Source: Callorhinchus milii (Eukaryota). Taken from it: a stretch of DNA of 64,000 nt. The stretch lies in the NCBI RefSeq assembly GCF_018977255.1, contig NW_024704742.1, positions 105,154,001 through 105,218,000 on the forward strand. Direction: 5' to 3'. This document shows positions 13,202 through 25,135 of the stretch, one piece after another; the stretch's first letter is position 1, and every line of letters starts with the position of its first letter. Both the position numbers and the translations under genes were made by a program. The notes below the pieces were generated by a model. It did no database searches. It was not told where the DNA came from and worked only from the letters and a program-made list of their open reading frames with translations.

Positions 13202-14245
13202 CTGGAGAAAAGGAATTTTGAACAGTTGCATTAGCATCTTCACTCTCAGGCAATCAGTTGATACAAAAGTAAAAGAATTAGAGAATTCACACACGCAGTT
13301 AGGATCACAAAGTTGTTATTGTTCATTGAAAAGCACAAGCCTTTTTTTTCCAACTATCTTATAGCTTCACCTAGAGTGTAAAACAACAGTTTTGAATTAC
13401 AGGATAGTAGCTGGGGGCTGATAAAATCCTAACCAATGTTGTAATGGGATGAAACCATCAGTCAGTGCTTTTTTGCAAACAGAATTCTATGCATTCAACC
13501 TATAAATGGAAATTCCATGATAGAAAACAACTCGAGTAGCAGAATATTGGGCTAATCTATATGTCATTTTCAGGAATGGATATTTTTAATCCTTTCACAA
13601 ACCAATGTATTCACAATTTTCATTCTGGACTCACTGCTCAAAGCTTGACAATCTTTTATAACAGATCTACTCTTCAATTCATAAAAACAAAGAAACTTGT
13701 TTAATATTTTGGAAAATATAGGAGATAATGATCAAGCAGTATTGTGTTGCTCTTCCTTTAAGGGCTCCAGCATTTGAATTCTATTTACGACTTCAAACAC
13801 AACTATAATGGTTTTCACTTCTGAACAGATCCAACTGGTTGATCGAGGTGGCACCTCGTGCATGCTCAACAAAACAACAACAACAAAATTACATTTGTAT
13901 AGTGCCTTTCAATCGGGAGGATGCCCCAAGGTGCTGGACAATCAGTGTTTCGGACACAAACTGGGGGTCAGGATCGGGGAGGGTGGAGGGGGGGGGAAAG
14001 CAGGGTGATCGAAAGCACGGTCGAAGAGGAGGAGCTTGAGATGGGTCTTGAAGGAAGCAAAGGAGGGGCGAGGCGGAGGGACTGCGGGCACAAGAGGCAG
14101 GAGCAATATTTACCACAACGTAAACATTAAAGTTTATATTTTTATTTCAAGATGCATTAAATACTTTGGTGCATCCGGCTTTGTTTTCAATTTGACTAAA
14201 AAAAAGTTCTATTGCTTCTTCCTTTTGTCTTTTTAATCATGTGCA

Positions 14246-14265
14246 ATAGTGCCACCTAGTGGCAA
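14246..14265 (+). promoter_or_regulatory. Candidate CTCF binding site
   Basis: ATAGTGCCACCTAGTGGCAA, a 19/20 match to the commonly used consensus AYAGTGCCMYCTRGTGGCCA. Confidence 0.65.
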
Positions 14266-14554
14266 TCAACCGGTTGGCGACCCCTGCATTAGATGGTGCA
14301 CCTCATTGTACCACGTAATGCTCCACCTAAAAAGCAATTTTGTTCAAACAGAAAATCCACCCATGAACAGGCACACCTCTCTGGCTTTGCAGTGACATGC
14401 CCTTCATATCAGTTGTCACGTGCAGAGCAGGCTGACCTTCCACATAGCTGAAGGAGGACATGAAGCACTGAAAAGGTGCTATTAAAGGTAATAAAATGTT
14501 GATTTTCCAAGCTACTTCAACATTTAAGTGAGTTACCCTGCATCTAGTACTTAC

Positions 14555-14677
14555 TCAGATTTCTTTTCGTATGTCGTTGAAGCTTCATCGATTTTCTTCT
14601 CCAATTCCAGCATTATTTCTTCCTTGCTGCTTATAGTTTGTTGAGTTTGGTTCAATTCCTCAGATGTTGCTTTTATC
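14555..14677 (-). CDS. FER: FER coding exon 7 (123 nt)
   Basis: IKATSEELNQTQQTISSKEEIMLELEKKIDEASTTYEKKS(D); TAG acceptor, GA|GTAAGT donor. Confidence 0.95.
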
Positions 14678-15971
14678 CTACCAGATTATTTCAAATAAAA
14701 CCAAATTACTCACAGTTTATTGTCTTTTGAAAAAGTGTTATAAAGTTAAGTCATCAGCAATTAATCAGTTGAATAAAGTTTAGAAGCTTCCAATATCAAC
14801 AAAAGGGCTTTCATTAAATCTTTCAAGAATTTTGAATGTAAGTGCAAATGCATTAGAACAACAATTTGCACTTACGTAATAATAATCCTTGCATTTGGTA
14901 TAGCACCTTTCATATCAGATCACGCCCAATATGCTTAATAGGATGATTGTAAAGTGTGTATTTGTGTATATAACGCTCCTCACTCAGAGAGAATGAGTCT
15001 CAAAATGTTTTACAAAGATGGGAGTGGGAGCCCAAGTTGAGAGAGAGATGGGGGGGGGGGGGGGGGGAGGCGGCGGGAGGGAAACAGGGGAGACAACTAA
15101 AGGAGCGGTTAAAGAGATGGGTTTTTGGGAAAGTTTTGTAAGCAGACAGAGGGGGAGAAGCAGAGGGATTTTGAAAGAGTTTCAGAGGCCAGAGGGAAAG
15201 TGAAAGTTCCCTGTCAAGTGTGGGATAGGGTTGTCTGCAGAGATGAAGCAGGCCAGAGTTGGTGGAGTGGAGGAAATAGCTGTGGAAAAAGGGGCACAAG
15301 AAGTTAGAGGTAGTGTGGGGCAAGCCATGGAGGCATTTGAAAGCAAATTCGAGAATCTTAAAATGACTACACTGATATACAGCATGCTAACAGTACAGTA
15401 CTTCGATTTTACATTCACTTTCAGCAGTAAGTGCACTTATTACTTTCAACATTAAGTGACACTTACAGTGTTCATCTTCAGAAGAAGCACTTTTTGCTTC
15501 ATGCAACAACAAATTATTACATTTGTATAGCGCCTTTCACGTCATGAGGACGTCCCAAGGTGCTGGACAGTCAGGGAACCGCTCCCTGACATCATATTTA
15601 CATGACATCACTGACATTATGAATATAAACTTCTAAGTGTTGTTGCCTCAAGAAGGTGGTTGCCATAATCTCTTAAGGTCTAATTTCTTAACAATGTGTC
15701 ACATGCATGAAAGGGGAGGAGAGACAATTGTTGACAAAACCACTCAACTATTTCAGATGCAGAACTGAGTTTTGCAGAAACCTCTTATAGCAGATGGCCA
15801 TCTGGAGGTGTCACTTAAGAGTTTAAATTTGTGAGCGTGATGCAAGCAGCAAATAAATTTACATTTAATATAATTTTTTTTTGCTTTTAAAGTACTGGAA
15901 CAAGACAAGTACCATCCAAAATCAGTTATTCAATAAGTTGAGGGAAATCACTGTGGGGTGAAGCAACTTAC

Positions 15972-16091
15972 GTGGCTTGCAAGCTTTCTGCTGTTAAATT
16001 ATTCCAAAGAATTTCATTCGCATGAAGGTTTTCCATATCTTCTAATAACAAAACATCAAATTCAATGCCTGTCTCCTTAATTACCGGTGAC
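15972..16091 (-). CDS. FER: FER coding exon 6 (120 nt)
   Basis: [39 protein letters not shown](T); CAG acceptor, AC|GTAAGT donor. Confidence 0.96.
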
Positions 16092-16375
16092 CTGTAAAAC
16101 AAATGGTAAAAAAAAGTTGCATGTTGCTTCAGGACAGGATGCTAAAGTTCAGTATAATGTTTTGAAATGTAAAAAGCTGCAACCAAGAATTAGAACTGCA
16201 ACAAAATATAATCTCCAGTACCTATTACAATTTACCGATGCCTGAAACAAAACAGTGTTTAACCATTCAAATTATATTAAATTTGTAAATATTTTCCCAC
16301 TGATATTAAAAGTTATACTCATTTTTGCAACACATTGATTTATGTTTACAAATAGATTGACAAGGAATACATTAC

Positions 16376-16513
16376 CTATGATTTTCAATGAAGGAATTGT
16401 ACTCCGAGCTGGGGTCAATCTGTTCAATGGAATTTTGAGTATCTTTGTGGATATTTACTATTTCCTCTGTTACAAGGCTAGTGATTTGGGTGTACTCTTC
16501 TAGAATTCCCTTT
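16376..16513 (-). CDS. FER: FER coding exon 5 (138 nt)
   Basis: [45 protein letters not shown](R); TAG acceptor, AG|GTAATG donor. Confidence 0.96.
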
Positions 16514-16569
16514 CTACAGAGGAAAAAGTGAAAACAAAAGAAATATTATATATTATAATAAATAATATT

Positions 16570-16870
16570 AATTGTAGCATTTGATACAGCGCTTTTCACA
16601 TAGTCTAGACGTCTCAAAGCACTTTGCAGAATATACTGCAAAGTAAATTGACTGTATATTTGTGGGAGAAATGCAGCAGCCAATTGCGCACAGCAGTGTC
16701 CCACAAACATTCGTGGCCAAATTGAGTGACCAAATTATTATTATTTTTGTTGAGGGATTATTATCCCCAGAAAAGCAATCCGCCAATCAACTGACAACCG
16801 GGTTCCTACTTACTGCTAGGTAAACAGAGGTGTGTAGAGTAAGGAAACTTGCCCAACATTTCGTCCCTTC
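16570..16870 (-). mobile_element. SINE, longer subfamily, 5'-truncated
   Basis: Core and tail match the family; about 55 nt from a FER splice acceptor. Confidence 0.85.
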
Positions 16871-19315
16871 GGGTGAAGCAATATTTACCTTGCTTCTTCT
16901 TTGAACAGTTCAAATAGGAAACACGTAAGAATCTGCCATAATGGAGAGACATATCCCAAAGGTAGAGTCCTTTTAATAACCGCCTATCTCTCCAACCTTC
17001 TCTCTCCTCACAGCACTATCTTCTGCCTCTGCTCTACTGGTCTGGGCCTCCTCATTTGTCCCTTGAACCCTCCACTCCACCATTGGCTGCCGTGCCTTCA
17101 ACCATTACGCCCGAAGCTATGGAACTCCCTTCCTCAATCCCTTCGCCTTGCCCCTTCTTTTCCCATTTTCATACTGTGCCTGAAGACTTTCCTCTTCGAC
17201 CGTGCCTATGGTTACCTTCCCCCTATCCCTGGTTTACCATTGGGCTCCACCATTGTTAGGCGCTCTAGGACGCCACCCAGTGTGGAGGACACTATATAAA
17301 TGCAAGTTGTTGTCGTTATGCCAAGAGCTGAGAAACCACCAACATTTTTCTACAATCAACTCAACACTTCCCTGAAGGGCCCTCCTCCCGCAGCAACAAA
17401 GAAGAAGCGCAAGCAAGTATCCAACACTCAACAATCTTCTGAAGCTCCCACAAGAGATCATGAACTCGCCCAATTCAAATGGAATCATAAATTTGACAAT
17501 AACATTGATTTGACTCCCCTTGATCTTCAACTCTTCTCATCCCCTACCAAACAAGCCAAAGAATACCTCTACCACTGCTAAGGAGTGACAATACCTTAAC
17601 ATACAGAATTCTTTCAAGATTCTCAGTGAGGTTGATTGAGTATGATAAATGTACTTCGATGTGTAGGAGAAAACTCCTCACCACGCTGTTCTCTTTTTTT
17701 GAAATTAAAAAAAGTGTAGTGTCCCTAAATATTTTTCTAAGTTTCTCCCCACTGGTATGTCGCTCAATGTTCCTGATTCGGCCTACTCTTGCTGGTGTAC
17801 AGTTCCACGGGTGAGGCTTGGCAGTGAGTGTTGTCAGGCCACTCAATTGTCACAGGCGAACCTGACTGCTCTTCAAGGGCAATGCACCATTGCCATCCAG
17901 AATGTCTGGGAGTCTCTCCCCCTCTCTCTCGCACACACATGCGCATGCACGTACAGATGACCTAAATATCAAATATTTAAATTTACCCCACTTCCCATAA
18001 AATATTATTGCACCTCCAGCTCCAATAATAACCTGAAGCAAATTGATTTAGCAGCAAAATAACATGCAATTTACATATTTTGATATCCACAATGCAAATA
18101 CATTTCTGATTGTTACACAATTTCTTTCTAATGTTAATTTCGTAAATAATTCTGTATAAACAATTTTTTGCAATGATGGAAACTATAATTTCATGAAAAT
18201 TTTAATTGAATCAACTATTGAGGCTACTGCAAGTACCCAAAGAAACTATGGTATGTGAGAGAACAGGGTATATTTAAGTATCCACAGTATTTGAAAGAAT
18301 GGTGACTTAAAGGCAACAAATGAACTGGGGGGTCTGCTAAACCAAATTTACATTTTGGAAAACATTTGAAATTAGTGACTGAATTATCACTGGTGTAATG
18401 AACCATTCTTTTGTCAGGTATTTTCCTGAAAATTCATCATAGGTTCAACAAAAAGTTTTACCAGACTTTCGTCAGCAATTGAAAAAAAATCCTTCTGATG
18501 TCAGAGCCCTTTCAGGAAAAACATCATTGCTTTAAAGTTGTGAGTTGTAAATTAAACCAATGAGATAGACAACAAAGTCCTGATGATGAAAAATATTGTA
18601 AATCACATTTGTTATGTTCAGCCCAGATTCCCATTGACTCTCCTCACATGTTAGTTTTAATATTGTACTAGTTTGTAGTTTTAATGTAATAATAATCCTT
18701 GCATTTGATATCAAGTCTTCGAGACATCTCAAAGCGCTTCACAGAATATACTGTAAAGTGAATTCACTGCATATTTTGTGGGCGAAACGTAGCAACAGAC
18801 AAAAATGAAATGTGTTAAGGATAGCAAAAACAGAACATATTAGAAATGCAATTAAAACCTGAAAGCAACAGACAGGTTAGCATTGTGTTAATACAGACAA
18901 TGTTCAGTTGATAATTAAAAAATATCCTCAAAGCCCACAAGCATGTTCATAAGCTCTTAACTGTTTTCCCTCCCACCTGCCCTACAAAAGATACCAATAA
19001 TGATTTAGTGTTGAAATGTAGAATGTTTGCAGACAGTCTGTACAGTGCAGTTTTCAAAAGGAACCCAAAGCACAATGAGAGGAAATGGTCAATATTAGTT
19101 AAAATCAAAACAGTATTTGATTTTGGGCGACATCAACTCTTCTAGATCTACAAATGGATATCCAGAGAAAACTGATACAGTTTTGAAAGTGTAATCTGTT
19201 TTTCCGTCTCCACATCCTTATAATTTCTCCTATAAATTTTTTAAAAATCCACAAAATTACAGAGTCTAGGAAAATAACACAAAACCATTCAAATTTAATT
19301 TTCATGTTCTTATAA

Positions 19316-19631
19316 ATAATAATAATCCTTGCATTTGATTTTGCGCTTTTCACGTCAGGAGAACGTCCCAAAGCGCTTCACAGAACACACTGTAAAGTGA
19401 ATTAACTGTATATTTGTGGGCAAATGCGGCAGCCAATTGCGCACAGCAATGTCCCACAAACAGTCGTAGATTGAAAATGACCAATTTATTATTGTTTTGT
19501 TTTTTTGGAGGGATTATTATTAGGCTCTGTGTGGAGTAAGGAAACTTGCCCAAGGTTTCGCCCTCTGCCTGGAATTGAACTCAGGTCTCTCACTTGCAAA
19601 GCGAGTGCTCTAACCCTGAGCTACAGGACTC
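19316..19631 (-). mobile_element. Full-length young tRNA-headed SINE
   Basis: Nearly identical to the copies at 54206, 57905 and 60140. Confidence 0.93.
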
Positions 19632-22600
19632 TGGACTTATTTACAGTGGTTTGGAAGGATGCCTTTAATCATACTCTGACGCATCAGTAAGAATGAGAGT
19701 TCACTTAATCCTGTAGTTTCAGAATATTTTCTTTATATTTTATAAAGAATCTGAAAATAATAAGCCTTGCATTTGATATAGTACCTTATCACATTATAAC
19801 AACATCTCAAAGCGCTTTGCAAGATTTTACTGTGATGTGTTGTGACTATGTGTTTATAGATGGACTTGCCAGCCAATTTGTACACAGTAGTGACCCAAAA
19901 ACAGCCACAAAATGAATGGCCAATTTTATTTGGGGGATTGTTGACCAGAAGAAACTACGCAGCATTGAAATAACTTCAACTTTATAACATAAAATACTCT
20001 TGCACCCATTTATGTTTCTCCAAGATGATAGAAGACAAGACAATAAGCATATACAGAAATTACTTTCTGCATATTCTTACAGTTTTGTCTTATATCATCT
20101 TTCATTTAATGACATTTTCACTGTAAATCTAAATGTCAGTGCAGTATAAACTGAGCAGCAAGTTAACACAAACTCATCAGAAGCACCTGTTCCACCCCAC
20201 CCCCCATCCAAAAGCAAAATGACTCATCTTATTGAAGGAAATATCCATACATAAAACTTAATTAAAACCATAAGTGTCCCACAAACAGTCATGGATTGAA
20301 GTGACCAATTTATTATTTTTTTTCTTTGAGGGATTATTATCAGGCGTGTGGAGTAAGGAAACTTACCCAAGGTTTTGCCCTGCCGGGAATCGAACACAGA
20401 TTTCTCGCTTGCGAGGCGAGTCCCCTAACCAGAGCTACAGGACTCCACTAAATCCTAGAATCATAGAATATTACAGCACAGAAGGAGGCCATTCGGCAAC
20501 TCCCCCGCTCTTTCCCCATATCCTTGCAAATTTTTCCTTGTCAAGTAGTTCATCACCAGAGCCACAATACTAGGAGGTTTTTAAAAAAGTAGACCCTTTT
20601 TCAAGTAAGCTGGAAAACACTACTCTGCCACAAAACAGTACTCAGCCATTACGTTTTGTTCCAATTGTACACAAAAAAATTCTGACATGTTGAGCCAATT
20701 GGCTCAAATGTAGAGGTTTTTAATAAAGGGAATGGAAACATCCACTCATGCGGTGAGGAAATCATTGAAACAAATGCCACTCTGCAATAATTTGGAGGCA
20801 GAAATAAGGTACATATGCTTGGCAAACTCTCAGAGCAGCAGCAATCAATACACTTGTGTTTGTCTACAAAATACAGTCACTACATTTTACAGTAAATTCT
20901 GTAAAGCGTTTTGAAATGTTCTCCTGACATGAAAGGCGCTATGTCAAGTGTAAAGATCAATATTAGCCCGACCCTCCTTCCCAAGAGAGATTTTGGTGGA
21001 TATGGAGGGTTCCATCGTTGATAGATGTCAGCCAGGCTCAATTGGAAACAATCTTGCCTCTGTGGAACTCCATCCCACAGTCCCTCCACCTCACCCCCTC
21101 CCTTGCATCCTTCAAGACCAGTCTCAAGACCCTCCACTTTGACCGTACCTTCGGTCACCCTCACCCCTCCTGATCCCAACCAGTCCCTGACTGTCCAGCG
21201 TCTTGAGACATGCTCCTGACGGGAAAGGCACTATACTGTTGTTATTTGTTGTTCAGCCAGGAAGTTGCGAGTTCAAGGCCCATTGGGACTTCCAGTCTGG
21301 GCTGACATTGCACGAGAATCTCTTACAGCAAGTCTCCAGTTGTAACGTTGACTGTGTTTTTAGTCACTTTTCCCCTCCCACCCCCTTTGGCTCCCATCCT
21401 CAGCTCGGGTGTCAAGTGCTTTGAATATTTCTCCCAATGTGAAAGACTCTACATCAAACCCAAGGGTTATTTATTACTATTCCTGTTCTCAGCTGCACAA
21501 GCTGAACAGGAAACTCTTCTCTGGTGGACTCACAGCTTGTCCATCAATCAGATGGAGACTCACTCGAGCTCCACTCACTCAGTGGAAAAGCTCACGACTA
21601 TTGGCATAATCTCAGTCAGCAGTTCAATGTGCTGCTGAGCAGTCAAGTTCAGTTGTCCTGGTTACAGTACAAGCAGAAGTCAGATAGTTCAAAAACCAAT
21701 CGCTACCATTCCTTACTCACAATTCCACAAATTAAGAATTAAAACTCACATACCAGTGAATAACCCAGTCAAATGGCAACACAGATGACTGTATTCACAA
21801 GTTGCCTGGCCAAGTGATATTGAGCTGGAATTCAGAACTTGTTTTTTCTTTAAACAAGAGAAAACAAGAAAATTATGCTACAAATCAAGCTTAATCCGGT
21901 TTCCATATACCAAGTGAAAGTGATTTAGTAAAATTACAATGTGTAAGGTCAGTGGAACTATCAGTTTCGTGGTGTTTCCCAAATGCAGGCTTAGCCTCTA
22001 TTTAACCATAAATGTGCACAGTGGAGATCACTAAGTGAACAGATCATTACTTCACGAGAGAGCAGCCCTCAAGCAAGAAATTACTTGGGAGGATTGTCAT
22101 AATGAAAATTAGTTCAGGAAGTTACGTATCCTTGTGTTAAAGCATGTAAATGTGACATGGCTTTAATGGAATAGCCATACAAGGCTTTAATTAAAAAAGG
22201 AAATCAGTTTCTGATGAACAGACTTATTTGTGGAGTTAATTTCACATGTGGTAAAGTATTTTTATAGTAAAAAGCGGCCAAGTTCAAAAGGTAAATAATA
22301 ATTTGGTTTCAAAGGAAACTCAAATTTATTTTATTCATATTGTCTCTAGAGCAACAAAGCAACCTCACTACATTGCACAAGTTAATTTTATGCTGATTTT
22401 TTGGGGGGGCGGGGAAGGGACCACTGGTAATGGAAGTTTGTTGTTGGAATGAACATACATGAAGTGAGGGTGAGGACAGAGAAGAGAATCAAAACCGTAT
22501 AGTTGAGTCTGCTTAATGTTTACTCTGTCGGACCAGACAAAGTTATAATATTATGCATACAAGAACAATAGGGGAACTTCTATAAACACTCACAAACATT

Positions 22601-24808
22601 TCCAGATTGTTCTGAAGGAATTTACAATTTCAAGGATAAGGAAAAACATTTTTAAAAAATCCAATATTGTACTTTCATGACAGTGTAATATTGGCTATTT
22701 AAAATTAATAAAATCAGGTATTTTTGAATGTTTTTTCTTTGGAATTGAATAATAACAATAACAGCCACCCAGGGGCATTATAATACTGCACCATAATGGC
22801 TTTGTCTCATTGGATCATCCGCCTTCCATCAACCTGCTATTCGCTCTCATTGGGACATCTGCCTGTCCACCAACACATTCCATGCTCTCATTAGACCATC
22901 CACCTATATCTTCATTAAGGATTTCAGGTACTGGAGCAACTCTCTGGACCTCTCCTGCAGCACTCCACCCAGACAACAACAGCTCTCTTGTTAATCGGCA
23001 CTACAAATTTGCCTAACTGTCGAATTATAACATTATACGGCTATAACAATACGCAAATTCAAATGTGCCCAAAACACACCAAGCACGGCCCAGACTAGCC
23101 ACCAGTATTATGTGGGTTATGTGGGTTATTATGTGGGTTACATTAATTGGCAATTTAGCATTATATAAGCTCGACCTAATTTTAATTCACTTGATAACTA
23201 TCGCTACCTTTAATGATATGCAATTCTATTTATCCATTGAATAAACTTTGCAAAAAACAATGATGCTAATGAAATACTGTACACAAAGGGGTTAATATCC
23301 TACATTGTGTATTGCCCCAATTCAAATCCCACATATAACTTTCAGCCAGATCAGCAGAAGGGTTTCCTAACTCCACAACTCTTGTAACCACATGTAACCA
23401 CATGGAAATATTGTGGACATCGCTTCCGAGAAGAACTTCAAACTGTGGTATTTGCTGCTAAAAGGCAAAATGCAAACATGCAAGTATCTGCCTCAGTTAA
23501 GTGGGTTAAAAAAGGTAACATCTGGGGATCACTTGAAATTTCATTATCCAAGACAATGCAGAATTTAATGCAAATCTCAACCATCATTGTCTGTCTGTGC
23601 TAATTCTATCCTCTTTAAAGATTAACTGTTAAGAGATTAACTCTTTGTAAACAGAGGCCAATAAGCTCCAAGAGAAGTGTCACTTCTACCATAGTTACTT
23701 GCTGCCAGGTTTAGAAAAGAAACTGGCCAATACTTGAACTCTGGCGAGGAATGATATTGATATGCTCAAAATAATATCAAGTCTGGAAACAGACGAGTTG
23801 GGCAAGTCATCCAAGCAAACATTTTCTGCCTTGTGATCCTATATGGAGTGGTTTACACACCAAGCAACAGAAGCTCTCAGTATATAATAGTAATACAGTG
23901 AACATGAGGTTCAGCCCCCATGATACTACAGTATCCGTATCTAAATAAACCAAAAGGTGAAAGTGATATTTGATACATTAGGTGCCATATACAACACAGC
24001 TGGAGATAAATCATGTCTGGCCAAGAAATATAGTTTTCATGTAATAGTTTGATTGTATATGAGCTGTATTTAAATAATGACTTGTATTTGAAATTCACAA
24101 TACTGCACTGAGATCTTAAATCTGAAGGGACTTCAGATACTGCAATGTTCACTTGGTTATTATGCTCTAATTGCCATTTGGCACATTAACATTTATCCTG
24201 AGCACAGCTGTGCTTTCCAGCCTGAAAGAGAAGCATCTGTTACAAGTCAGGGAGGAAGGTGTTTGGAAACAGTAATATGACTTATGACTTTTCTGCAACA
24301 AACAGTTCACCACAATGACAAGGCATTCTATCAACAACCGAATTATCATGACCGATTACACGGGTACCTACAGTGTTAAAATTAACTGGAATGTCCTAGT
24401 GAAAAAAGCAGGTATCCAAACACACTAACGTCATCTTGATCTCTGGTGAAATCTGAGCACTTGAAGGGTTGACTAATTGTCAACTTCTTTCAACTGCAGG
24501 CATATGGGGAAAGGAAAAGTAAATGAGACTGAAAGGATTGCTCTTAAAAGAGTCATCACACAATGGGACGAATGGCCTTCTCCTCTGCTATTAATTTTTA
24601 TGGTTCTACGATTCTCTCTTTTCCCATCCCCTATTTTATGTGGAACATACCTGACAGTAGAGGAACTTGGCACTGTTCTTGCAGCCCACAAGCACAAACT
24701 AAATCTTGAATTAAAGAAGCAACCTGTGCACTGCAAAGCTATTCATCAATATATCTCACTTCCTTTCATCCCTAGGAGAACACAGCAAACAAGTAACTTA
24801 AACAGTTG

Positions 24809-24843
24809 TTTTAGCTAAGATCAAGTGTAGCATCTGTTCATAT
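24809..24843 (+). pseudogene. U2 snRNA-derived fragment
   Basis: ttttagctaagatcaagtgtagcatctgttcatat vs U2 TTTTGGCTAAGATCAAGTGTAGTATCTGTTCTTAT, 32/35 identical. Confidence 0.8.
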
Positions 24844-25017
24844 ATTACTCCTCGGGTTGTGCACCTGATAGTACTTTCCCCTTTGAGGTCCAGATCATGT
24901 ATTAATAATCATTGCATTTGACGCAGCGTCTTATCACGTCTTCCAGACGTCTCAAAGCGCTTCACAGAATATACTGTAAAGTGAATTAACTGTATATTTA
25001 GTGGGTGGACATACTAG

Positions 25018-25135
25018 ACTCTTTTGACAAAAGGTCATCAACCTGAAACGTTAACCCACTTTCCTCTCTCCATAGATGCTGCCTGACCTGCTGAGTGTTC
25101 CCAGCGACTCCTGTTTTTTTTTCAGATTTCCAGGA
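25018..25135 (+). mobile_element. Penelope-like element terminal (pLTR-type) fragment with a degenerate minimal hammerhead motif
   Basis: ttgacaaaaggtcatcaacctgaaacgttaac...ctctccatagatgctgcctgacctgctgag resembles the recalled chondrichthyan Penelope-derived repeat (ctgacgaagggtc...cgaaacgt...gatgctgcctgacctgctgag). Confidence 0.65.
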
